A stretch of DNA of 64,000 nucleotides from Candidatus Edwardsbacteria bacterium (GTDB lineage Bacteria > Edwardsbacteria > AC1 > EtOH8), in contig JAGVNJ010000074.1 of the NCBI GenBank assembly GCA_020053305.1, positions 7,348 to 71,347 of the forward strand, in the 5' to 3' direction. The notes below the pieces were generated by a model. That model worked only from the letters and a program-made list of their open reading frames with translations. It was not told the origin of the DNA and did not search any database. The translations under genes were made by a program, and so were the position numbers. Shown here piece after piece: positions 45,094 through 53,744 of this stretch (position 1 is its first letter; each line of letters starts with the position of its first letter).

Positions 45094-47001
45094 CTAGGCC
45101 AGGCCCTCCAAAACCGAGGAAAGGGCCTTGACCTTGGCGGGGCCCAAGGGGGCGGAGTTGGCGGTAAGATTGAAAAGCAGCAGGGTGATATCCTCAAAAT
45201 CCGTCCGGCAGACGGAGTTGGCCTGGTATTTTTTTACGGCCTCAAATATCCCTTTCAACCGGCCCTGGTTGTACCTGAAAGCCACGGCCAGGGCCGTGAA
45301 ACTGGGGTCGTTATCGGTCAGTTTCATCTCCTGGAAAATAACGGAGATCGGCCGCCCGGAGAGGACATCGTTATGGACCTTATATTCCAGCTTGACCTGG
45401 GCGAAGATGGCGTCGTTGGTGACCTCCGGGTTGAGCAGACAGCGGTCCCCGATGCTGTAAAAGAGGGATTTTATCTGATCTCCGGGGATGTTCAGTTTTT
45501 CAGCCAGTTCGGAGACGGCCTTCAGGCGCATCTGGCGCAGGGCCCGGCTGGTGCGGTCGAATATCCGGAGCTTGGGTCCGAACCCGGGGATGGTCTTGAT
45601 GGCCTGTTCGATCCGGTTGTATATCTCCTCGTCATTCCAATTCTCCCGTTTGATTCCGAACAGGGTCTTGCGGTCGATCCAGATATCAATGATCGATATC
45701 TCCTGCTGCTGTTCCTTGCCGTTCTGGATATTGGTCATGATGTTGGGCTTGTCCGGCATGGCGGCCGAGAATCCCGGCACCGAGGTCAGGGCCCCCACCA
45801 CCTCCAGCCCGAAACCCTTGTCGTTGCCGGAGGCCACAATTATAACTTTGAAATGGTCCGGGGCGTGGGGGTGGATATAGCCCTGGGGGATCTTAATATC
45901 CTTCTCCTCGTCTATCATCAGCGGGACTATTTTGCGGCGGATCAGCTCCACTCCCGGGGTAGGGCCCAGGGTCTCCTTTTGCGAGGGGATCTCCCGGATA
46001 GCTTCAGCCAGTTTATCCTGAAGATCCCGGGCTATCGGCCTCTCCTGCTGATCGGTCAGTTCTATGTGAAAGACCGACAGTTTGTCGGCGGTGAAGTAGG
46101 CATAATCGTCATAACGGTGGTTCTGGGCCACCAGCTCGTTTATCAATCTCATCAATCGTTCGAAGGTGATGCTCTGTTCCTTGGTGATGACCGTCACTCC
46201 GGTCAGGGTCTTGCTGTTGTATTGCACCTGTTGGAAAGAAATTTCCAGCGAAGATCGCCCGGCCCGGATATTCTTCTTCATGACATAATTGCTCAGGATC
46301 TGTTCGGCCACGGATTCCAGGGTGCGTTGGTTGATGTATGATTCATGCCGTGACATGAAGAATTTCAGGGCCTCGCCGCTGTCGCCCATGATCTCCTTCA
46401 GGTCATCGGCCGGCAGCTTGCCCCGCAGCTGGTCGGTGACGGTGGTGAAAGCATAGAGCTTCCTGGCCTCCTGGCGCTGCAGGGTCCTTTTGGCGGCATC
46501 CTCGGAGGCGATGATGCTCAGCCTTTCCTGGATCTTGGCCCGGGCGATATCCAGGGCCTTCTGGGTCAAATGGGGCGACAATTCCACCTCCATCAGCACC
46601 ACCCCCAGTTTCTCCCGGTTCCTCCGCAGAATAAAACCATGGGTGTAAGCAATGTTCAACCCGGCCTCATGCACCGTCCCCAAGCAGGCATCAGCCAGCC
46701 CGGCCCAGTCGGGGGCCAGCACTCCGAACAACAGGGACGGCAGATCGTTATCGCTCTTTTCCACCGATACTTTCTCGGTTATCACATGGGACATACCGGG
46801 CAGCATATCCTCCTCGCGCAGCAGGCGTATCAGAATCGCCCTCTCCTGGGCGGTCAGCCTTCCGGCATAGGCGGTGCCGCGGGTGATCATCCGGTTAAAA
46901 CCGGCTATCTGCCTGTGGGTCAGGGACAGATGGGACAGATGGGAAAAAATCTGTGATAATCTCATATGGGTCAATGATACCATCTTATATTTTAAAGTCA
47001 A
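45094..47001 (-). CDS. hypothetical protein with about four ACT-like regulatory domains
   Basis: Repeated beta-alpha-beta-beta-alpha-beta ACT-like blocks, e.g. LLFGVLAPDWAGLADACLGTVHEAGLNIAYTHGF, KVIIVASGNDKGFGLEVVGAL and ISVIFQEM..FTALAVAF. No catalytic motif was recognised. Confidence 0.45.
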   Translation of the reverse strand: MTLKYKMVSLTHMRLSQIFSHLSHLSLTHRQIAGFNRMITRGTAYAGRLTAQERAILIRLLREEDMLPGMSHVITEKVSVEKSDNDLPSLLFGVLAPDWAGLADACLGTVHEAGLNIAYTHGFILRRNREKLGVVLMEVELSPHLTQKALDIARAKIQERLSIIASEDAAKRTLQRQEARKLYAFTTVTDQLRGKLPADDLKEIMGDSGEALKFFMSRHESYINQRTLESVAEQILSNYVMKKNIRAGRSSLEISFQQVQYNSKTLTGVTVITKEQSITFERLMRLINELVAQNHRYDDYAYFTADKLSVFHIELTDQQERPIARDLQDKLAEAIREIPSQKETLGPTPGVELIRRKIVPLMIDEEKDIKIPQGYIHPHAPDHFKVIIVASGNDKGFGLEVVGALTSVPGFSAAMPDKPNIMTNIQNGKEQQQEISIIDIWIDRKTLFGIKRENWNDEEIYNRIEQAIKTIPGFGPKLRIFDRTSRALRQMRLKAVSELAEKLNIPGDQIKSLFYSIGDRCLLNPEVTNDAIFAQVKLEYKVHNDVLSGRPISVIFQEMKLTDNDPSFTALAVAFRYNQGRLKGIFEAVKKYQANSVCRTDFEDITLLLFNLTANSAPLGPAKVKALSSVLEGLA

Positions 47002-47111
47002 GAAAAAAACGGAAATTAAAAAATCTTGCGGGCTTTGTTGCCGGGACTTTTTTGCTTGATTTTTATGCCGTTTTAGTGTATTCTATCAAGAGATTTTAGT
47101 TTCGTAATTGA

Positions 47112-47984
47112 ATGACAGATTTGTATTTAGCCCGAAATCAAAACAAAACAATCTTTGAGGCGATAAAAGATATGAATACCGAGAAAGTCACCACCCGGAC
47201 CCTGCTCAAGATGAAGAAAAAGGGTGAAAAGATAGCCTGTCTTACGGCTTATGATTATCTGACGGCCCGGCTGCTGGACGAGTGCGGGATAGACCTGATC
47301 CTGGTGGGTGATTCGGCGGCCATGGTCTTCGCCGGGTACGAGAACACCCTGCCGATAACCATGGAGGCCATGCTCTACCATACCGCCGCGGTCAAGCGGG
47401 GCGTCAAGCGGGCCATGGTGGTGGCCGACATGCCGTTCCTCTCCTACCAGACCTCGATAGCTGACGCCGCCCAGAATGCCGGACGATTCCTCAAGGAATC
47501 CGGGGCCGAGGCGGTCAAGATCGAGGGCGGCCGGGTGGCGGCCCCCATCGTCAAGAATCTGGTGGAGCGCGGCATACCGGTGATGGGCCACCTGGGGCTG
47601 ACCCCCCAGTCCATCCACAAGTTCGGGGGCTACCAGCTGCAGGCCAAGGACAAGGAGTCGGCCGAGCGCCTGATGGCGGCGGCCAAGGCCCTGGAGAACG
47701 CCGGGTGTTTCGCCATCGTGCTGGAGAAGATCCCCTATCAGGTGGCCCAGGAGGTCAGCCGGGAGCTGAGCATTCCCACCATCGGCATCGGGGCCGGGCC
47801 GTACTGCGACGGGCAGATACTGGTGGTGGACGACATGGAGGGACGCTACGAGGGCTTCGAGGCCAAGTTCGTCCGCAGGTATGCCGACCTGGCCGGACAG
47901 ATGAGGACGGCCTTTAAGGCCTATCACAAGGACGTCAAGGAGAAATCCTTCCCCTCGCTGGACGAGAGCTTTTCCCAGGAATAG
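47112..47984 (+). CDS. panB: 3-methyl-2-oxobutanoate hydroxymethyltransferase
   Basis: LTAYDY..A.L.DE.GID.ILVGDS and GHLGLTPQS motifs. The start may be the internal ATG at 47172. Confidence 0.9.
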   Translation: MTDLYLARNQNKTIFEAIKDMNTEKVTTRTLLKMKKKGEKIACLTAYDYLTARLLDECGIDLILVGDSAAMVFAGYENTLPITMEAMLYHTAAVKRGVKRAMVVADMPFLSYQTSIADAAQNAGRFLKESGAEAVKIEGGRVAAPIVKNLVERGIPVMGHLGLTPQSIHKFGGYQLQAKDKESAERLMAAAKALENAGCFAIVLEKIPYQVAQEVSRELSIPTIGIGAGPYCDGQILVVDDMEGRYEGFEAKFVRRYADLAGQMRTAFKAYHKDVKEKSFPSLDESFSQE

Positions 47985-48030
47985 ATCCGACCCCTCCCTG
48001 CCCTCCCCCGGTGGGAGAGGGATTGTTATT

Positions 48031-48882
48031 GTGAGTATGAAAATAATTAAAACTATAAAACAACTCCGGCAGGCCATCGCTATTCAGAAAAAACGGGGTA
48101 GGCGAATAGGCTTTGTGCCCACCATGGGGGCCTTGCACGAGGGGCATCTGTCACTGATCCGGCTGGCTAAGAAGAATTCCGACTTCGTCGTAGTCTCCAT
48201 CTTCGTTAACCCCACCCAGTTCGGGCCCAAAGAAGATTTCAAAAAATATCCCCGCGATCTGAAGAAGGATGCGGCGCTCTGCCAGACCGCCGGGGCCGAC
48301 CTGATATTTTCGCCCTTCACTGAAGAGATCTATCCCAAAGGGTTTTCCACCTATGTCAACGTGGAAGGCCTGACCCAAGGGTTGTGCGGGGCTTCGCGGC
48401 CCGGGCATTTTAAGGGCGTGGCCACGGTGGTCAGCAAGTTGTTCAACATCGTTCAGCCGGATGTGGCTGTCTTCGGGCAGAAGGACGCCCAGCAGCTGGC
48501 GGTGATCAGACGAATGACGGCGGACCTGGACCTGTCGGTGAAGATCATTGGCGCGCCCATAATCCGGGAGCGGGACGGCCTGGCCATGAGCTCGCGCAAT
48601 GCGTATCTGACGCTGGAAGAACGAGCGGAGGCGACGACGCTGTATAGGGCTCTTCAGTTGGCGGGAAGCATGGCACAAAGCGGAAAGCGAAAAGCGGATA
48701 GCGTGAAGCGGGAAATGGCGAAATTGTTATACCGCGATGCGCCGCTGGGGGAGATTGATTATATCGAGATAGTGGATAATGAGACTTTGAAGCCTGTGAA
48801 ACAGGTTCAGAAAAATACATTGGTCGCGCTAGCAGTGAAATTTCCGAATGCAAGATTAATTGACAACATCGTACTTGCCTGA
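48031..48882 (+). CDS. panC: pantoate--beta-alanine ligase
   Basis: GFVPTMGALHEGHLSLI HIGH-type motif, and FGQKDAQQ. Confidence 0.9.
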   Translation: MSMKIIKTIKQLRQAIAIQKKRGRRIGFVPTMGALHEGHLSLIRLAKKNSDFVVVSIFVNPTQFGPKEDFKKYPRDLKKDAALCQTAGADLIFSPFTEEIYPKGFSTYVNVEGLTQGLCGASRPGHFKGVATVVSKLFNIVQPDVAVFGQKDAQQLAVIRRMTADLDLSVKIIGAPIIRERDGLAMSSRNAYLTLEERAEATTLYRALQLAGSMAQSGKRKADSVKREMAKLLYRDAPLGEIDYIEIVDNETLKPVKQVQKNTLVALAVKFPNARLIDNIVLA

Positions 48883-48902
48883 TGACGGGATGAATTCATT
48901 CT

Positions 48903-48996
48903 GTCATTGCGAGAAAACTTCAAAGCAGAGCAGACGAAGCAATCTGGACAATAGGGGATTGCTTCATCAGTCGGATAAAAGTCGGTTCGCAATGAC
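48903..48996. mobile_element. 94-bp gene-less MITE-like copy of the GIY-YIG element termini
   Basis: GTCATTGCGAG-N-CGAAGCAATC-N11-GGATTGCTTCA-N-TCGCAATGAC: two nested perfect inverted repeats identical to the ends flanking both GIY-YIG genes. Confidence 0.65.
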
Positions 48997-49029
48997 CACT
49001 GGTAAATTATAAATCAACAAAAGGATAAT

Positions 49030-49392
49030 ATGTTTCGTATCCTCTGTAAATCCAAGATCCACCGGGCCACCCTAAGCGGGGCCAACCTGCATTACGAGGG
49101 TTCCATCGCCATAGATGAGGCGCTGATCGAGGCGGCTGATATCCTGCCCAACGAGATCGTGCAGGTGGTGAACATCAACAACGGGAACCGTTTTGAGACC
49201 TATGTGATCAAGGCTCCCAGAAGGTCCGGCACCATCACCCTTAACGGGGCGGCGGCCCGCTTGGGCCTGCCCGGCGACAAGGTTATCGTCATCTCCTCCT
49301 GCTACAAAGAGGATGCCGAGGCCAGAAAGCACCAGCCGAAGATCGTCTGCGTGGACGACAGGAATCGCATCGCCAAAAAGACCAAGCTATGA
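49030..49392 (+). CDS. panD: aspartate 1-decarboxylase
   Basis: The N-terminal [30 protein letters not shown] includes the self-processing G-S site. Confidence 0.9.
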   Translation: MFRILCKSKIHRATLSGANLHYEGSIAIDEALIEAADILPNEIVQVVNINNGNRFETYVIKAPRRSGTITLNGAAARLGLPGDKVIVISSCYKEDAEARKHQPKIVCVDDRNRIAKKTKL

Positions 49393-50129
49393 CCAGGGAC
49401 TGCATCTGCCTGATCTTGGCGGCGGGCCAGGGCACCCGGATGAAGTCCGACCTGGCCAAGGTGCTGCATCCCCTGTGCGGAAAGCCGTTGGTGGAGCATG
49501 TGGTACGCTCGGCCCAGAAGGCCGGTGTGGCCAGGACCGTGGTCATCGTCGGCCACCAGGCCGACCAGGTCAAAGCGGCGCTGAAGGATTTGGACATAGA
49601 GTTCGTACTTCAGGCCGAGCAGAAGGGCACCGGCCACGCAGTGATGCAGGCCCTGCCCATCATAGAGAAATTTGCCGGCGAACTGCTGGTGCTTTACGGC
49701 GACGTGCCGATGATCAAACCCGAGACCATTGTCTCATTGCTGAAAAGTCATAGAGATGAGCGCAACGCCTGCACCATGCTAAGCACGGTCATAGACCAGC
49801 CCGGGGGCTACGGCCGGGTGATCCGGGATGCCGATGGCTTCGTCACCAAGATAGTGGAGGCCAGGGACGCTTCGCCGGAAGAGCTGGCGGTCAAGGAGAT
49901 CAACCCGGCCATCTATTCCTTCGAGAACCAGAAATTGGTGGCGGCCCTGGGCGAATTGGCACCCAACAACAAGCAGGGCGAATATTACCTGACCGACGTG
50001 ATCGGGATATTCAGGTCAAAGGAAATGAAGATCGCGGCCCAGGTGGTGGCCGACAGCCGGGAGGTGCTGGGCATCAATACCCCCCAAGAGCTGGCGGAGT
50101 GCGAGGAATACCTTCGTCGTCAACAATAG
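49389..50129 (+). CDS. sugar-phosphate nucleotidyltransferase resembling the GlmU N-terminal uridyltransferase domain (no LbH acetyltransferase domain)
   Basis: [31 protein letters not shown] closely matches the GlmU N-terminus. At 246 aa it ends before any hexapeptide-repeat domain. There is a 4-nt overlap with panD. Confidence 0.75.
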   Translation: MTRDCICLILAAGQGTRMKSDLAKVLHPLCGKPLVEHVVRSAQKAGVARTVVIVGHQADQVKAALKDLDIEFVLQAEQKGTGHAVMQALPIIEKFAGELLVLYGDVPMIKPETIVSLLKSHRDERNACTMLSTVIDQPGGYGRVIRDADGFVTKIVEARDASPEELAVKEINPAIYSFENQKLVAALGELAPNNKQGEYYLTDVIGIFRSKEMKIAAQVVADSREVLGINTPQELAECEEYLRRQQ

Positions 50130-50147
50130 CAATCAACCCGACTTTTA

Positions 50148-50530
50148 GTCATTGTGTAACGAAGCAATCTTCTTGTTGACTTTCAAACCATGGGACGCGA
50201 GTATTATTTCTATATAATGTCAAACAAATGGAACTCGGCATTATATTCAGGCGTGACCAACAATCTCAAGCGCCGCATAGTGGAGCATAAGCAAAAGCGT
50301 CCCGGAAGTTTTACTTCGCGTTATAATATTACAAAACTTGTTTATTTTGAGATATTCAATAATCCCAGGGATGCCATCAAAAGAGAGAAGCAGATCAAGG
50401 CTGGCCCGCGAAAGCAGAAGCAAGAGTTGATCGAAAGCATCAATCCGAAATACAGTGATCTATCAGAGAACCTATAAATAGCCCGGCGGGGATTGCTTCG
50501 TCGCATTCTTTTGAAGCTCCTCGCAATGAC
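50148..50530. mobile_element. TIR-bounded GIY-YIG mini-element, copy 1
   Basis: Left end GTCATTGTGTAACGAAGCAATC (50148-50169); right end GGATTGCTTCG..(20 nt)..TCGCAATGAC (50490-50530). The extended match CTTTTAGTCATTG/CAATGACTAAAAG makes the termini inverted repeats. Confidence 0.65.
50190..50477 (+). CDS. GIY-YIG nuclease domain protein (COG2827/UPF0213-like)
   Basis: YYFYIM...LYSGVTNNLKRRIVEH...KLVYFE.F......REKQIK: GIY-YIG motifs with the catalytic Arg and Glu. Confidence 0.8.
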   Translation: MGREYYFYIMSNKWNSALYSGVTNNLKRRIVEHKQKRPGSFTSRYNITKLVYFEIFNNPRDAIKREKQIKAGPRKQKQELIESINPKYSDLSENL

Positions 50531-50551
50531 TAAAAGCGATAAAATAAAGAG

Positions 50552-51022
50552 ATGTCAACAGCAGATTTGAAAAACCGTCCGGCCAAGACCGGCCGCAACA
50601 GATACCTGCCTCTGGCGGTGATATTCCTGGTCGTCGTCCTGGCGGTCATCGGCGGCTCGGTCTACATGCGCTGGCGGCAGAACCGGCAGGCCGATCTCAA
50701 GCAGAGAAAGGCCCAGATCCGGATAGAGGTGCTTAACGGCACCAAGAAAAGCGGGCTGGCCCAGGAAGTGGCCCAGCAGCTGCGGGACAGCGGCTTCGAC
50801 GTGGTGGACATCGCCAATGCCGAGAACGACAGCTTCCCGGAGACGGTGGTGGTGGACCGGGCCGACGACGGCCAGAGCAACGCCATTTTGGTGGCCAAAG
50901 AACTCAAATGCAAAAACATAATACCACAAATAGAACCAACATCATTATTGGAGGTTACAGTAATAATTGGCCAAGATCATCTTAAAGAAAAGAAAAAAGG
51001 CTTCCTCGGCATCAGTTTCTGA
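50552..51022 (+). CDS. LytR_C (LytR/CpsA/Psr C-terminal) domain protein, membrane-anchored
   Basis: N-terminal TM segment, then IRIEVLNGTKKSGLAQEVAQQLRDSGFDVVDIANAEN...TVVV. Confidence 0.7.
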   Translation: MSTADLKNRPAKTGRNRYLPLAVIFLVVVLAVIGGSVYMRWRQNRQADLKQRKAQIRIEVLNGTKKSGLAQEVAQQLRDSGFDVVDIANAENDSFPETVVVDRADDGQSNAILVAKELKCKNIIPQIEPTSLLEVTVIIGQDHLKEKKKGFLGISF

Positions 51023-51491
51023 TGTCTTGAAGAAGAAGCCCGCAGCAAGGTCCAAGATCAAACCCGGCACCGCCAAGGCCAAGAGCCTGGCCCGGGAAAA
51101 GCCGGCGGCGCCCAAAGCGAAAGCCCCGGCCAAGGCCCGGGTGGTCAGCCCCGGGCAGCAGCTGGCCCGGGAAATAGCCCAGCTGACCCTCAACCGGAAG
51201 GCTTTCGATGTGACGGTGCTGGACGTCAGGGGGCTTTCCACCGCCACCGACTTCTTCGTGATCGCCTCCGGCGCCACCGACATCCAGATCCGGGCCATCC
51301 GCCGGGCCATCGAGGAGGGTCTGCTTCCCAAGGGCATCAAGGCCCTGCATATCGAGGGCGAGAAGACGGCCTCCTGGCTGCTGATGGATTACGTGGACGT
51401 GGTGGTGCACATCATGCAGCCCCGGGTGCGCGACTATTACAACCTGGAAGCCCTATGGGGCGACGCGCCCAGCGAAGAGATAAAAGATTAG
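50967..51491 (+). CDS. rsfS: ribosomal silencing factor RsfS (Iojap) with Lys/Ala-rich N-terminal extension
   Basis: The C-terminal 115 aa match RsfS (DVTVLDVRGLSTATDFFVIASG...SWLLMDYVDVVVHIMQP). The first 58 aa are K/A/P-rich and overlap the LytR_C gene; a GTG at 51141 would give a canonical-length RsfS. Confidence 0.75.
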   Translation: MAKIILKKRKKASSASVSDVLKKKPAARSKIKPGTAKAKSLAREKPAAPKAKAPAKARVVSPGQQLAREIAQLTLNRKAFDVTVLDVRGLSTATDFFVIASGATDIQIRAIRRAIEEGLLPKGIKALHIEGEKTASWLLMDYVDVVVHIMQPRVRDYYNLEALWGDAPSEEIKD

Positions 51492-51569
51492 CTTTTACTG
51501 ATAACCGCTGCCAGCCTTACTTCTTTGAGGCACTGATAAAGCGATCCAGTTATAAGTAAAGCACGAAAA

Positions 51570-51969
51570 GTCATTGCGAGTATACTTCCCTGATAAACAA
51601 ATGAAGCAATCCATTTATCATGTTTGGCAAAAAATATTTTGTATATATTCTGGCCAGCAAGAAAAACGGGACTTTGTATGTCGGGGTTACAAACGATCTT
51701 AAGCGCAGGGTGGCCGAACACAGAAACGGAGTGATCCCTGGCTTTGCGAAAAGATATAAAACCTTTTTACTGGTTCATTTTGAAGCGTTTGATGAACCGA
51801 GATTTGCTATTGCTATGGAAAAGCAGTTGAAGGCCGGGTCACGGGCAAATAAAATAAGACTTGTAGAACGGGATAATCCCGATTGGCTCGATCTGTTTGA
51901 AAAGATATAATACAAAGTTGTTATTTGTGGATTGCTTCGTTAGCTATATAAAATCATTCTCGCAATGAC
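51570..51969. mobile_element. TIR-bounded GIY-YIG mini-element, copy 2
   Basis: Left end GTCATTGCGAG..(21)..GAAGCAATC (51570-51611); right end GGATTGCTTCG..(20)..TCGCAATGAC (51929-51969). Confidence 0.65.
51620..51910 (+). CDS. GIY-YIG nuclease domain protein (paralog)
   Basis: KYFVYILASKKNGTLYVGVTNDLKRRVAEH...REKQLK; divergent from copy 1 but collinear with it. Confidence 0.8.
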   Translation: MFGKKYFVYILASKKNGTLYVGVTNDLKRRVAEHRNGVIPGFAKRYKTFLLVHFEAFDEPRFAIAMEKQLKAGSRANKIRLVERDNPDWLDLFEKI

Positions 51970-52038
51970 AGAGGGACAATTTATTTATTATACCCAGAAT
52001 AATATTTCACAAAGACAAAATAGATTGTTTCACAAGTA

Positions 52039-52064
52039 GGGCAATGATGTCGTTTCGCAATGAC
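52039..52064. repeat. solo remnant of GIY-YIG element end (GGGCAATGAtgtcgtTTCGCAATGAC)
   Basis: Matches the right-end motif TCGCAATGAC; lies 15 bp upstream of argS. Confidence 0.4.
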
Positions 52065-52078
52065 GAAAAAGAAAGTTT

Positions 52079-53725
52079 ATGATAAAAGACTACCTGCGTA
52101 AAAATATTTCCCAAACCATCGAGCAGACTCTGGGACTAACGATCGATCCTTCCCAGATCGGGCTGGAGAAGCCCAAACAGGACGGCCACGGCGACTGGTC
52201 CACCAATATCGCCCTGAACCTGTCCAAAAGCCTGAAGGAGAACCCCCGGAAGCTGGCCGACCAGATCACGGCCTCCCTGAAGCTTGATCCCGAGCTGGTG
52301 TCCCAGACGGAGGTGGCCGGGCCGGGATTCATAAACTTCAAGCTGGCTTCGGGCTGGCTGTACAGCGAGCTGGTGACCCTGCTGGACAAGAAAAATTCCT
52401 TCGGCTGCTGTGATCACGGGAAAGGGGAAAAGGTTCAGGTGGAGTTCGTCTCGGTAAATCCCACCGGGCCGTTGCACGTGGGCCACGGGCGGGGAGCCTT
52501 CGTGGGCGATGCCATCGCCCGGCTTCTGCAGTGCGTGGGCTACCAGGTCCACCGGGAGTATTACATAAACGACGCCGGCAACCAGATAGACAAGCTGGGC
52601 CGCTCGGTGCTGGCCCGTTTGAACGAGCGGTGGGGTCGGCCCTTTGAATTTCCCGAGGGCGGCTACCAGGGCGAGTATCTAAAAGGTTTTGCCGACCAGC
52701 TGGATTCCGAACAGGGGGACCGGCTAAAAGCCCTTTCATCAGACGAACTGCTGGCAGAGGTCACCAGGATCTCACGGGACGGCATGCTGGAGAACCTGAA
52801 GCTGTCGTTAAAGGACCTGAAGGTGGAGTTCGATGAATGGTTTTCCGAGGTCGGCCTGGTGGAATCCGGGGCCATCAGTAGATCATTGGAAGAACTGAAG
52901 AAGAAGGGCTACCTCTACGAGCAGGATGGAGCGCAGTTCTTCAAGGCCAGCGAGTTCGGGGACGAGAAGGACCGGGTGGTGATCAAGTCCACAGGGGAAC
53001 ACACCTATTTTGCCGCCGACATCGCCTATCTGCTGAATAAGTTCGGCCGGGGCTTTAAAAGACTGATCTACGTCTGGGGGGCCGACCATCACGGCGACGT
53101 TCCCCGCATGAAGGGCGCGGCCCAGGCGCTGGGGCATGATCCCGATTCGCTGGAGTTCATCCTGATGCAGATGGTCCGCCTGATCGAGGAGGGCCGGGAG
53201 GTCAAGTTCTCCAAACGCAGCGGGGTGATAGTCACCCTGGATGAACTGCGGGACGAGGTGGGGCCGGACGTGATGCGGTATTTCTTTCTGATGCGGCGCA
53301 GCGAAAGCCAGTTCGATTTCGACCTGGACCTGGCCCGCAAGCACTCCGACGAGAACCCGGTCTTTTACGTTCAGTACGCCCACGCCCGGATCTGCAGCAT
53401 CATCGACCACGCCCGGGAGAAGGGCATCAACCGGGCCAAGAGCGACCTGGCTCTGCTGAAGGAGAAGGAGGAGATCAACCTGATCAAGGCCCTGCTGGAA
53501 TTTTCCGAGGTGGTGCTGGGGGCGGCCATGGCCCGGGAGCCGCACCGCCTGCCGACCTACCTGCAGGACCTGGCCGGGGTGTTCCATACTTTTTATCACC
53601 AGCACCGGGTGGTGACCGAAGACGCCGGACTGACCCAGGCCCGGCTTGACCTGTGCGACGCCGCCCGGATAGTGTTCGCCAACGGGTTGAGTCTGCTGGG
53701 GGTCAGCGCCCCGGAGAAGATGTGA
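52079..53725 (+). CDS. argS: arginine--tRNA ligase
   Basis: Class-I HIGH motif (PTGPLHVGHGRG), an ArgS N-terminal domain, and a C-terminal DALR anticodon-binding region. Confidence 0.9.
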   Translation: MIKDYLRKNISQTIEQTLGLTIDPSQIGLEKPKQDGHGDWSTNIALNLSKSLKENPRKLADQITASLKLDPELVSQTEVAGPGFINFKLASGWLYSELVTLLDKKNSFGCCDHGKGEKVQVEFVSVNPTGPLHVGHGRGAFVGDAIARLLQCVGYQVHREYYINDAGNQIDKLGRSVLARLNERWGRPFEFPEGGYQGEYLKGFADQLDSEQGDRLKALSSDELLAEVTRISRDGMLENLKLSLKDLKVEFDEWFSEVGLVESGAISRSLEELKKKGYLYEQDGAQFFKASEFGDEKDRVVIKSTGEHTYFAADIAYLLNKFGRGFKRLIYVWGADHHGDVPRMKGAAQALGHDPDSLEFILMQMVRLIEEGREVKFSKRSGVIVTLDELRDEVGPDVMRYFFLMRRSESQFDFDLDLARKHSDENPVFYVQYAHARICSIIDHAREKGINRAKSDLALLKEKEEINLIKALLEFSEVVLGAAMAREPHRLPTYLQDLAGVFHTFYHQHRVVTEDAGLTQARLDLCDAARIVFANGLSLLGVSAPEKM

Positions 53726-53744
53726 CCAGAATCCCAGCCCAAAG

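Noticed and set aside
45093-45197. TTG start at 45197 for the HAD gene giving a Pro-rich 35-aa leader (MRISPCCFSILPPTPPPWAPP...)
   Set aside because: The leader overlaps the 3' end of the upstream gene in another frame. The ATG at 45090 gives a canonical HAD N-terminus and stop-start coupling.
44956-46341. 461-aa + strand ORF overlapping the minus-strand ACT/HAD operon
   Set aside because: It lies entirely antisense to a better-supported gene pair and has a low-complexity G/D/L-rich translation. Shadow ORF.
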